20,800 nt of DNA from an uncultured Candidatus Saccharibacteria bacterium (GTDB taxonomy: Bacteria; Patescibacteriota; Minisyncoccia; Portnoybacterales; UBA2143): contig CAZFBL010000003.1 in the NCBI GenBank assembly GCA_964517275.1, forward strand, positions 29,698 through 50,497, given 5' to 3'. Both the position numbers and the translations under genes were made by a program. This document shows, piece after piece, positions 1-7,546 of the stretch. Numbering within the stretch: the first letter of the stretch is position 1; each line of letters opens with the position of its first letter. Below the pieces are notes generated by a model. The model did not search any database. It saw only the letters and a list, made by a program, of their open reading frames with translations, and was not told where the DNA came from.

Positions 1-115
1 CAAGACGGGCCTGCCTCGTCGCAAGACGGGCCTGCCTCGTCGCAAGACGGGCCTGCCTCGTCAAACCAAGACGGGACTGCCTCGTCAAACCAAGACGGGA
101 CTGTTAATCTGATTA
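1..115 (+). repeat. In-frame tandem repeat: 21-bp unit x3 (caagacgggcctgcctcgtcg) then 24-bp unit x2 (caaaccaagacgggactgcctcgt)
   Basis: Direct reading of the sequence. In frame 1 it translates as QDGPASS x3 and NQDGTASS x2, a low-complexity linker in the VanW-domain protein. Confidence 0.85.
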
Positions 116-1581
116 ACTTCGGCTTCCAATTCAATGAACAGGCCACTCTGGAAGCCATCTATCGAATCGGCCGTCAAGCCGGCTTTTTGGCTAATATCAA
201 AGAACAGCTAATTGCCTTAGCCGGCGGCTATCGACTGACCCCGGTTTATCAACTAGACCAAGAAAAATTCCGAATCAAAACAGCCAAGCTCTTTAAAGAT
301 ATTGAAAGGCCGGCTCAAAACGCCAGCCTGGTTTTTAATCAAGAAACGGATAGTTTTTCTCTTGAACACTCGACCGAAGGAACGGCCATCAAGCGCAACC
401 AATTGCTGGCTGATTTAACAAGCAGAATTGAATCACTTTCCAGCCAGCCGATTGAATTACAATTGGCCCTTGACTACCCGACAGTTAAAAATAACGAAGT
501 TGAAGAAGCCCGTCAGAAAGCCGAATCAATTTTAGCCAACCAACCCTACCAATTGACCTTCGGAGAAAGCTACTGGACAATTGACAAGGAAACTATCATT
601 GACTGGTTAAAGTTTGAACCGGTTTCGGCCGAAGACAAAGAAGAAAATCCCAACAATCAGATTCTGGGCTGTTCTCTAAATGAGGAAAAAATTAAAACTC
701 ATTTAGCCGAGATAGCCAAGACGATTGACCGGCCGACAACCAATGCCCGTTTGGAAACCGAAGGCAAGCGAGCAATTGTTTTTTCAGCCGGCCAGGCCGG
801 TTTCCGGGTTTATCAACAGGAAACTATCCAAGAATTAACCAATAATATCTTGGGCCAGCCGCCAATTAAACAGACTAAGCTTATTGCCGATGTCGCTCCG
901 CCCAGAATAAGTTTGAGCCAAACCAATAACTTGGGTATCAATATTTTAATCGGCCAGGGCAACTCTAATTTCGGCGGTTCGCCCAACAATCGAATTCACA
1001 ACATCAAAACAGGGACAGCTAAATTTAATGGCTTAATCCTGAATCCGGGCGAGGAATTTTCTTTCAACGAGCTTTTAGGCGGCAGCGGGCCGGCCGAGGG
1101 CTTCCTGCCGGAACTGGTTATCAAAAAAGGCAAAACCGTCCCTGAGTACGGCGGCGGCCTCTGTCAGGTCTCGACCACCCTTTTCCGAGCGGCCGTTAAC
1201 AGCGGCCTGGAAATCACCGAGCGCCGCCCCCACGCTTTTCCGGTTGTCTATTACTCTCCTCAAGGCTTCGACGCGACCGTCTACAACCCTTCTCCCGACC
1301 TCCGTTTTATCAACAACAGGCCGGGCCATCTTCTAATCGAGGGAGTCGTTCAGGGCAGTCAATTAATCTTCAACTTTTATGGAACTGACGACGGCCGCCA
1401 GGTTCAAATTAAAGGGCCCTACATTTTAGAAAAAAAAGAAGACGGTTCAATGAAAGCCGTCTTATACCAAGAGGTTTACCAAAAAGATGAATTAGTTCAT
1501 CAGCAGACTTTTTACTCAAATTATGATTCGCCCGATTTGTATCCGATCGGCGGGAGCGAAGAAGACGAAGAAGAAGATTAA
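1..1581 (+). CDS. VanW-domain protein, 5'-partial; the reading frame is open from base 1
   Basis: Frame 1 has no stop from nt 1 through the listed ORF (187..1581), so the gene enters from upstream. The C-terminal half carries a VanW-like signature: YGGGLCQVSTTLFRAA ... ERRPHAFPVVYYSPQGFDATV. Stop TAA at 1579-1581 is followed by an intrinsic terminator. Confidence 0.7.
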   Translation, partial: QDGPASSQDGPASSQDGPASSNQDGTASSNQDGTVNLINFGFQFNEQATLEAIYRIGRQAGFLANIKEQLIALAGGYRLTPVYQLDQEKFRIKTAKLFKDIERPAQNASLVFNQETDSFSLEHSTEGTAIKRNQLLADLTSRIESLSSQPIELQLALDYPTVKNNEVEEARQKAESILANQPYQLTFGESYWTIDKETIIDWLKFEPVSAEDKEENPNNQILGCSLNEEKIKTHLAEIAKTIDRPTTNARLETEGKRAIVFSAGQAGFRVYQQETIQELTNNILGQPPIKQTKLIADVAPPRISLSQTNNLGINILIGQGNSNFGGSPNNRIHNIKTGTAKFNGLILNPGEEFSFNELLGGSGPAEGFLPELVIKKGKTVPEYGGGLCQVSTTLFRAAVNSGLEITERRPHAFPVVYYSPQGFDATVYNPSPDLRFINNRPGHLLIEGVVQGSQLIFNFYGTDDGRQVQIKGPYILEKKEDGSMKAVLYQEVYQKDELVHQQTFYSNYDSPDLYPIGGSEEDEEED

Positions 1582-1585
1582 GAAA

Positions 1586-1609
1586 AGTCCGCCCACAGCG
1601 GACTTTTTT
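1586..1609 (+). terminator. Rho-independent terminator
   Basis: 7-bp stem agtccgc/gcggact with loop ccaca, followed by a T6 run, 5 nt after the stop codon. Confidence 0.8.
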
Positions 1610-1622
1610 AGTCGAAGTTTAG

Positions 1623-1706
1623 TGCGGACGGTGGGAGTTGAACCCACATGAGATTGCTCTCACCAGGTCCTAAACCTGGCGCGTCTGCCAATTCCGCCAC
1701 GTCCGC
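1623..1706 (-). tRNA. tRNA-Leu (anticodon TAG), 84 nt, long variable arm
   Basis: Reverse complement folds as GCGGACG-TG-GCGG...ACGC-G-CCAGG-TTTAGGA-CCTGG-(15-nt variable arm)-GTGGG-TTCAACT-CCCAC-CGTCCGC-A. The anticodon loop is TTTAGGA, giving anticodon TAG. CCA is not encoded. Confidence 0.88.
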
Positions 1707-1749
1707 TTTTAGTCTATTTTAATCCCCTTTCAGTCAAAAATCAATACTC

Positions 1750-1778
1750 TTGACATTTAAGATTTTGTTGTGTATAAT
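1750..1778 (+). promoter_or_regulatory. Consensus sigma70-type promoter (TTGACA, 17-bp spacer, TATAAT)
   Basis: TTGACA at 1750-1755 and TATAAT at 1773-1778 with an exact 17-bp spacer and TG immediately upstream of the -10. Strong SD AAAGGAGGA at 1846-1854 sits 6 nt before the ATG at 1861. Confidence 0.75.
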
Positions 1779-1860
1779 AGTGAGTATTAATTTAGGTAAG
1801 GGAGGGACTTAAATTATTTAGGTTCCTTTAAAAATCAAACTCTGAAAAGGAGGATAATCA

Positions 1861-2940
1861 ATGAAATCATTTTTATTGGGAGTTTATATCGGTTTAGGTA
1901 TAGTTGGCTTAGCCGCAGCTGTTTTTGGCCTAATTATCTTAATTCACTTCCTGGCCAAAAATAATATTTTCATCACTTCTGTCCAGGAAGGAATGGCTAA
2001 AGCAATCCAGAAATTCGGTAGATTCCATCGGGCAGTAATGACCTATGAAGGATACGGGTTCGACACCGAATGGACAGTCCGCCCTAAAGAAAAAACAGAT
2101 GAAGACGGCTATATCCTCGGTGAAAACGGAAAGATTGCTAAGAGCGAACAAGAAACATCTCTTAAACTTCGGTTAGAACCATGGTTTCGATTTGGCGGTC
2201 TCCGCTGGGTAGGCATTCCTCTAATTCATTCTGTCTATAGGTATAAATTCAGATGGGCTTCGTTTGAACAAGGAGAGGAGCAAGGCACCCTTGTTCAGAA
2301 AATTATCTCTCACGAGGAAAAAATAGATTATGTTCTGGTTCAAGACGACATCTATTACAGTTTTGTTACGGAAGCAGAAACCGAAGGGATGGTTCCAGTA
2401 AATGTGAATTTACTCTTGACCATTAGGATAGTTAATCCTTATAAAGCTCTTTTCAGAGTTCAGAACTGGCTGGAAGCAACTCAAAACTTGCTTAAACCTG
2501 CTCTGAGAAAGTACATCTCTGGAAAATCATTTGAAGATTTAATCAGGAAAAAAGAAGAAACAGAAAGAGAAGCAGATGAGTTTCTAAAAGAATCTGAGGT
2601 AGATAAATACCTGGAACGAGATTATGGTGTTCGTCTGAAGAAAGTTGGTATGGTGCTGATTAACCCAGCTGGCGAACGAGGTCAAACTTTTGTCGCGGCG
2701 GCAACTAAAGAATGGGAAGCCGAAAAGGAGAAAAGCCGAATCAAGATAAGTGCCGAAGCCGAAGTAGAAAGAATAAGAAGGATTTACGATCAAATCAAGA
2801 GTTATGGCGAAGAAGGACTTTTCATCCGAGCCACCGAGGCCATTGAGGAAACTGGCAAGGGGCCAAGCAATTTGGTTCTTTTTCCTCTCGGCTCGGCTAA
2901 ATCTATGATTGAAGGATGGCTGGGAAGAAAAAATCAGTAA
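1861..2940 (+). CDS. SPFH/band-7 (stomatin/prohibitin-like) membrane protein with an insertion
   Basis: N-terminal TM helix. VPVNVNLLLTIRIVNPYKALFRVQNWLEATQNLLKPALRKYISGKSFEDLI matches the SPFH core (compare stomatin VPVRVNAVVYFRVVDPVKAV...). C-terminal charged coiled coil (EKEKSRIKISAEAEVERIRRI). Strong RBS. About 100 extra residues are inserted after the first SPFH strand. Confidence 0.7.
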   Translation: MKSFLLGVYIGLGIVGLAAAVFGLIILIHFLAKNNIFITSVQEGMAKAIQKFGRFHRAVMTYEGYGFDTEWTVRPKEKTDEDGYILGENGKIAKSEQETSLKLRLEPWFRFGGLRWVGIPLIHSVYRYKFRWASFEQGEEQGTLVQKIISHEEKIDYVLVQDDIYYSFVTEAETEGMVPVNVNLLLTIRIVNPYKALFRVQNWLEATQNLLKPALRKYISGKSFEDLIRKKEETEREADEFLKESEVDKYLERDYGVRLKKVGMVLINPAGERGQTFVAAATKEWEAEKEKSRIKISAEAEVERIRRIYDQIKSYGEEGLFIRATEAIEETGKGPSNLVLFPLGSAKSMIEGWLGRKNQ

Positions 2941-2968
2941 AGAGCAAGAAAAAAAGGAAGGCAAGGAA

Positions 2969-4240
2969 ATGAGCATAAAAGGCAAGAAAAAAGCAGGACA
3001 AGGAATGAGCGTAATAATATATATCGTTCTCGGTATAATAGTGGCAATAGCCATGGCCAGCCTTGTTTCAATGAGCATGTTATATGCCATTTTCGGTATA
3101 ATAGTGGTAATGTTAGTAGCTGCTCTGGTTTCTCTGATAGCCGCCTGGCTGATAACTCGGACGTCAAAAGAAACAACAAATGAGATAAGCAGAGCAGAAA
3201 GAACCAGAAACATAAAGGATTTCTGGTGGAATTACTTCAAGCCCCTGGCGGCTGTGCCAATTGGCTGGTACATACTCCATATTGTTGTCTGGCTTATGTT
3301 TCCAGAAACCGCCAAAGCCATTTGGGGATACCATCTTCAAACTTTACTGGCCGTCGAAATAATTGTCTTTGTTCTTAATTCTCTCCTCAATAAACAAGTT
3401 GCTTTCCGAGACAGGAATACCAGAAAATTGATGGAGGGGGTTTACATAACATTTCTAGTCATGGGTTTATTGATAATACTGACAGGCGTCTTCGCTGGCG
3501 AATGCAAAGCAACCATTGATATGTATTTCTACTCGCGGATAAAACTCTCGGAAGTTGCTAAAATGGAGGTAAAGATAGAAATTGGCCAGACCGAATGGAA
3601 AAGCAAACCGTCATTCAAAGAGCTAAATCAATTGAGCAAAGAGATTAGCAAACGACCCTTCAGCGACACGGAAATGGAAAATGTCAGAGGTCAAGCTGAA
3701 GAGGCAAGAGACATAATTTCCACTATGCTGGAATCACATCTGGCAAACCTCCAACCGAGCAGTGACGGACAAAATGGTCAGCCAGCTGGTCCTTTTAAGA
3801 CATCGGCCAGTATCATTCAAAATCCGGACGGCTCTTGGGATATGCCGGTCTTGGCCAATAGATTGGAAATTGATTCCACCCTGGAGGTCAAAGAGGGACA
3901 AGTCGTAATAATTACGGCTAGTGGCCAAGTCAACGGTTGCAAAAGTCAATACGATGCTGCTTATGGCTGGACCGGACCAGAAGGAAGAAAATGGGACTTC
4001 GACCCAAAAAGAAAACGCCCTCTGGGACCGGGCTCTCCATTTATGGCTCTCGGGGCTAAAATCGGCGAGAATGGAAAATGGTTCAAGGTGGGAAAAAAGA
4101 TAAACTTTCGGGCAACCGAGGGAGGAAAGCTCTATTTCACAGTCAACGACGACATCCATGACAGTCAGGGTAGATTCCGACCAGGATGGATAAAGGACAA
4201 CGAGGGACAATATACGGTTAAAATCAAAATTGATTGTTGA
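2969..4240 (+). CDS. Polytopic membrane protein (about 5 TM) with a C-terminal PA-IL/LecA-like lectin domain
   Basis: SD AGGAAGG lies 7 nt before the ATG at 2969. In-frame alternatives are 2909 and 3005. The positively charged N-terminus is followed by 5 hydrophobic helices. The last ~115 aa (GQVVIITASGQVNGC...WTGPEGRKW...MALGAKIGENGKWFKV...LYFTVNDD...DNEGQYTVKI) align with P. aeruginosa LecA (GDVITIVAAGWASYG...WGPQGD...ALVMKIGNSG...ITLIYNDV...NNSGSFSVNI). LecA was recalled from memory and not searched. Confidence 0.6.
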   Translation: MSIKGKKKAGQGMSVIIYIVLGIIVAIAMASLVSMSMLYAIFGIIVVMLVAALVSLIAAWLITRTSKETTNEISRAERTRNIKDFWWNYFKPLAAVPIGWYILHIVVWLMFPETAKAIWGYHLQTLLAVEIIVFVLNSLLNKQVAFRDRNTRKLMEGVYITFLVMGLLIILTGVFAGECKATIDMYFYSRIKLSEVAKMEVKIEIGQTEWKSKPSFKELNQLSKEISKRPFSDTEMENVRGQAEEARDIISTMLESHLANLQPSSDGQNGQPAGPFKTSASIIQNPDGSWDMPVLANRLEIDSTLEVKEGQVVIITASGQVNGCKSQYDAAYGWTGPEGRKWDFDPKRKRPLGPGSPFMALGAKIGENGKWFKVGKKINFRATEGGKLYFTVNDDIHDSQGRFRPGWIKDNEGQYTVKIKIDC

Positions 4241-4258
4241 AAGGAGGGAAATGAACAA

Positions 4259-4296
4259 AGAGGCAGCGAAAATTCGCTTCACTGCCTCTTTTTTGT
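4259..4296 (+). terminator. Rho-independent terminator
   Basis: GC-rich hairpin gaggcag...ctgcctc with an inner gcgaa/ttcgc pairing, followed by a T6 run, 19 nt after the stop. Confidence 0.8.
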
Positions 4297-4322
4297 TAAA
4301 ATAAAAACATAATCATAAAGAT

Positions 4323-6644
4323 ATGTATCGAAACAAAGTCATCTCCGTGGTTATCCCCTGCTATAACGAGGCGAAATCAATTGACCAAGTAATTAAATCT
4401 CTGCCTAAAGAGATAGACGAAATCATTGTTGTAGATAACAATTCAACCGACCAGACAAATAGAGTTGCCCGAACGGCCGGAGCCAAAGTTATTTTTGAAC
4501 CGAAACAAGGATATGGCCATGCTTATAAAGCAGGTTTAGGTAAAGTCAAGGGCGAAATTATCGTCACCTTAGACGGCGATATTCAATATCCCACCGAAGA
4601 AATTACCGACCTAATTAAGTTTTTGATAGATAAAAAGATAGATTTTCTCTCTGCTTCTCGTTTCCCTCTTAACAATCTAAAATCTATTAACAGGACTCGA
4701 CTAATTGGTAATAAAATCCTCACTTGGTTAACTAATTTCTTGTTTAAGACAAAAATTAAAGATTCCCAATCAGGTATGTGGGTTTTCAAGAAAGTAGTTT
4801 TAGACAAACTTTCTCTTGTCAGCAATGGTATGCCCTTTTCTGAGGAAATAAAGATTAGGGCTTTTTTGGAACCGAAACTATGTTTCGCTGAAAAAAAAAT
4901 AAACTACCGTCCAAGAATAGGAGAATCTAAACTATTTCCCCTAAAAGACGGTTTTAAAAACCTCACTTTTTTGTTCAAACTGCGTTGGCAGTCTAGAAAG
5001 AGGAAAAAGGGATTTCTTCTGTCAGCTTCATTTATATTTCTCATCTTCGCCGCTATCTTTTCCTTTATCCAATTTTCATCTCCTAATCTGGCCGGCGTTG
5101 ATGCTTATTATCATATTAAATACGCTTATCTTTATCGGACTTTAGGTATTCAAGAAACACTCAATAACTTCAGCCTAGCCGGAGAATACTCCATTTTGAA
5201 CCAATATCCAAGCGACCTTTCTTTTCTCTATCACGTTATTTTAATCCTCTTTACTTACGGCAATCTAATTACTGGCAGTAAAATAGTCGCTGTTCTTTTG
5301 GCCGCTTTAATTTTTACGGTTTTTTACTGGGTCTTTAAAAAACTCGAGATAAAATACAGCTTTGTCTGGACTGGCCTATTCTTTGTCGCCTCCAGTGCTT
5401 TTATCTTCCGGCTGACCCTCTCACGTCCTCTTCTTTTGTCTATCCTTTTTTCTATTTTGGGCTTCTATTTAATTGCCAAGAAAAAATATGGCTGGCTTTT
5501 TGTTTTGTCTATCCTTTACGCCTTAAGTTATGCTATTTCTCTCCTTATTTTAGTCATGAGTTCTATTTATTTACTGGCCGAGTACATTCAAACTAAAAAA
5601 TTTGACTGGAAACTTCTTTTTTATCCATTTACAGGCATCTTAATCGGTTTGATTATCCGGCCTGATTTTCCCCAAAATTTTTATCTTGTTTTTGCCCAAA
5701 GTTTTTATACCATTTTCTATAAACTTGAAGGAATTCAGTTAGGTATCGGCGCTGAAATGTCCTTAATCAGCACTCCTTTGAGAACTAATTTCATTCTGCT
5801 TTTTCTTTTTAGTTCTACTTTAGCTTTTGTTTTAGCGGACTTAATTAATAAAGGGTTCAAAAAGAATAATTACTCAACCGTTCATCTTTACGCTCTCTTT
5901 TTGGCTATTTTCTTTTGTCTTTTGACTTTTGTTAGTCAAAGATTTTTTGAATACTGGACTCCTTTTACTTTGTTTTTTGCCGCTTTTAGTTTTGAATATA
6001 TCTCTCAAGACGGATACTGGCGAGATTTATTCAGCCAATTCTTCAAATTAATAGGTTTTTCTTTAAATCGATTAAAACTTCTCTTTTTAGTTTGTCTCTG
6101 CTTAATCATCATCTCCTATGGTTATATTAATGCCTCAAAGGCGGTTGAATCGATGGAGGAAACCATTCTTACCTCTGACCGTTATCAAGAAGTCAGTCAG
6201 TGGCTGGAAGACAACACGCCAGCTCAATCAATCGTCTTTAACGCTTCTTGGGATAATTTCCCCCAATTATTTTTCCATAATCATCACAATTACTATATTA
6301 TCGGTAAAGACCCTACCTTTATGTATCTCTATGATAAAGAACTTTTTTGGCTCTGGATGAATGTGACCCGTCAGGGTATTATTTGCGCCCAGCCTGAAAA
6401 AAACTGCTCTGACTCGGTCTTCACCGAAAAATTATCCCAACGGGCTCAAGAAATACATCGGATTATCGAAAACAGATTCCAAAGCGAATATATTTTTATA
6501 GACAGTCAATTAGAATTTGACCAATCTCAAAGACATCAAGTATTTAAAAAAATATTAGAGAACTCTTCTCTGTTTAAAAAAGTTTACCAAGACAAAGAAT
6601 ATCCGGAAGTGATGATTTTCCAATTAGCGGATAGTACTATTTGA
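4323..6644 (+). CDS. Family-2 glycosyltransferase (polyprenyl-phosphate sugar synthase-like) fused to a large polytopic membrane domain
   Basis: The N-terminus has GT2 signatures (VVIPCYNE, VDNNSTDQT, DGDIQYP), like DPM1/GtrB/ArnC-type enzymes. About 10 predicted TM helices follow (aa ~240-600), then a ~170-aa soluble C-terminal region. No SD is visible; a cataat hexamer sits only ~10 nt upstream of the ATG. Confidence 0.7.
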   Translation: MYRNKVISVVIPCYNEAKSIDQVIKSLPKEIDEIIVVDNNSTDQTNRVARTAGAKVIFEPKQGYGHAYKAGLGKVKGEIIVTLDGDIQYPTEEITDLIKFLIDKKIDFLSASRFPLNNLKSINRTRLIGNKILTWLTNFLFKTKIKDSQSGMWVFKKVVLDKLSLVSNGMPFSEEIKIRAFLEPKLCFAEKKINYRPRIGESKLFPLKDGFKNLTFLFKLRWQSRKRKKGFLLSASFIFLIFAAIFSFIQFSSPNLAGVDAYYHIKYAYLYRTLGIQETLNNFSLAGEYSILNQYPSDLSFLYHVILILFTYGNLITGSKIVAVLLAALIFTVFYWVFKKLEIKYSFVWTGLFFVASSAFIFRLTLSRPLLLSILFSILGFYLIAKKKYGWLFVLSILYALSYAISLLILVMSSIYLLAEYIQTKKFDWKLLFYPFTGILIGLIIRPDFPQNFYLVFAQSFYTIFYKLEGIQLGIGAEMSLISTPLRTNFILLFLFSSTLAFVLADLINKGFKKNNYSTVHLYALFLAIFFCLLTFVSQRFFEYWTPFTLFFAAFSFEYISQDGYWRDLFSQFFKLIGFSLNRLKLLFLVCLCLIIISYGYINASKAVESMEETILTSDRYQEVSQWLEDNTPAQSIVFNASWDNFPQLFFHNHHNYYIIGKDPTFMYLYDKELFWLWMNVTRQGIICAQPEKNCSDSVFTEKLSQRAQEIHRIIENRFQSEYIFIDSQLEFDQSQRHQVFKKILENSSLFKKVYQDKEYPEVMIFQLADSTI

Positions 6645-6691
6645 ATATAAGGACTCGTCCTGTTTAAACTATAAATTCAAACCGCAAACTA

Positions 6692-6727
6692 AAAACCAGG
6701 CAAATCAAAACGCTTGTCTGGTTTTTA
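6692..6727. terminator. Bidirectional intrinsic terminator between convergent genes
   Basis: Stem aaaaccag/ctggtttt with an 18-nt loop, flanked by A-run and T-run, in the gap between the + gene ending at 6644 and the - gene ending at 6790. Confidence 0.55.
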
Positions 6728-6789
6728 GTACATATATGCAATAAAACTATCCAATTCCTTTAACTCAGCTTTTCGGCTAACTAAATCTA

Positions 6790-7140
6790 CTAGAGCAGGC
6801 CGATGACAACATTGACTATAGCCAGAGCAGCTAAAGCAATTAACAAACCAACTATACCGCTAATCAACAACTTTCTGGCTTTAGCTTGTTGGTCTTCATT
6901 ACCACCGGCCGTTGCCCACATAATTCCGGCAATAACGATAACCAAGGCAGCAACTAAGGCGGCAATGCCGGCTATCCAGTTAACCACGCTTTCTATAATT
7001 TCCCGAACACTCTTATTAGAGACATTACTCATATTGGTCGGACCTGTGATAGCCGCTGAGACAAAATTAGAACCAACCAAAAAGACAAAAGCGGTTAGTA
7101 AAAACAAACTAACCAATGATTTCTTCTTAATAATTTTCAC
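6790..7140 (-). CDS. Small secreted two-helix membrane protein, TrbC/VirB2-pilin-like (paralog 1 of 3)
   Basis: GTG start with SD-like GGAAAGGGGGTG 8 nt upstream. Signal peptide ends at FVSA|AI. The mature part has two hydrophobic helices around a GGNED turn (WIAGIAALVAALVIVIAG...GGNEDQQAKARKLL...). This layout is typical of T4SS TrbC/VirB2 pilins. Confidence 0.5.
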   Translation of the reverse strand: MKIIKKKSLVSLFLLTAFVFLVGSNFVSAAITGPTNMSNVSNKSVREIIESVVNWIAGIAALVAALVIVIAGIMWATAGGNEDQQAKARKLLISGIVGLLIALAALAIVNVVIGLL

Positions 7141-7174
7141 TAGATTTCACCCCCTTTCCTTAAGATAAATTAAT

Positions 7175-7537
7175 TTATGGTGTAATACCCAAAATATCGA
7201 ATAAGGCCTGTAATAATCCCCAAGAGGCTAGAATAATAGCCAGACCGATTAAAGACCATTGTATAGTCTGACGAGCCTTCTTAACTTTTTCTTCGCTCCC
7301 TCCGGAAACCATATATTGAATACCACCAATAACAACCATTAAAACAGCTACCGTTGAAGCAATGCCAGCCACCCAATCAGCGATCCGGAGGAAAAGCTCA
7401 GTAAAAGTATTGGCATTAAGAGGATTATTTATCACCATATTGGCAGCTTTAATACTAATCAGAGGCAAAATGATCACTAAAAAGCTAAAAGTCAAAACTG
7501 ATAATAAAGAAAACTTTTTGAGGATGTTTCTAAACAT
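7175..7537 (-). CDS. Small secreted two-helix membrane protein, TrbC/VirB2-pilin-like (paralog 2 of 3)
   Basis: Signal peptide (...SIKA|AN), then WVAGIASTVAVLMVVIGG...GGSEEKVKKARQTIQW..., clearly homologous to the neighbouring two genes. Starts 9 nt after the paralog-3 stop. No SD is visible. Confidence 0.5.
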   Translation of the reverse strand: MFRNILKKFSLLSVLTFSFLVIILPLISIKAANMVINNPLNANTFTELFLRIADWVAGIASTVAVLMVVIGGIQYMVSGGSEEKVKKARQTIQWSLIGLAIILASWGLLQALFDILGITP

Positions 7538-7546
7538 AAATTTTTA

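Noticed and set aside
1-115. Possible CRISPR array at the window start
   Set aside because: The repeats are directly tandem with no spacers, differ in unit length (21 vs 24 bp), and lie in-frame within an ORF. This is a coding tandem repeat.
1075-1329. 84-aa minus-strand ORF inside the VanW-domain gene
   Set aside because: Antisense to a well-supported, GC-richer coding region. Arg/Ala/Gly-rich composition is typical of GC-driven spurious frames. No SD.
1581-1610. GAAAAGTCCGCCC resembling the RNase P RNA P4 consensus (AGGAAAGTCCGGGC)
   Set aside because: It is only a short partial match. The segment is fully explained as a 7-bp-stem intrinsic terminator, and no other RNase P conserved regions occur nearby.
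2584-4282. Minus-strand ORFs 2584..3213, 2934..3179 and 3734..4282, plus the + ORF 3921..4103
   Set aside because: All are antisense or alternative-frame to the SPFH and lectin genes. Their hydrophobic, Leu/Phe-rich products mirror the sense-strand TM segments, and none has an RBS.
4251-4304. 17-codon ORF with SD AAGGAGGG between the lectin gene and the GT2 gene
   Set aside because: Its body is the terminator hairpin itself. It is most likely an incidental SD-like sequence in a 3' UTR, although an attenuator-style leader peptide cannot be fully excluded.
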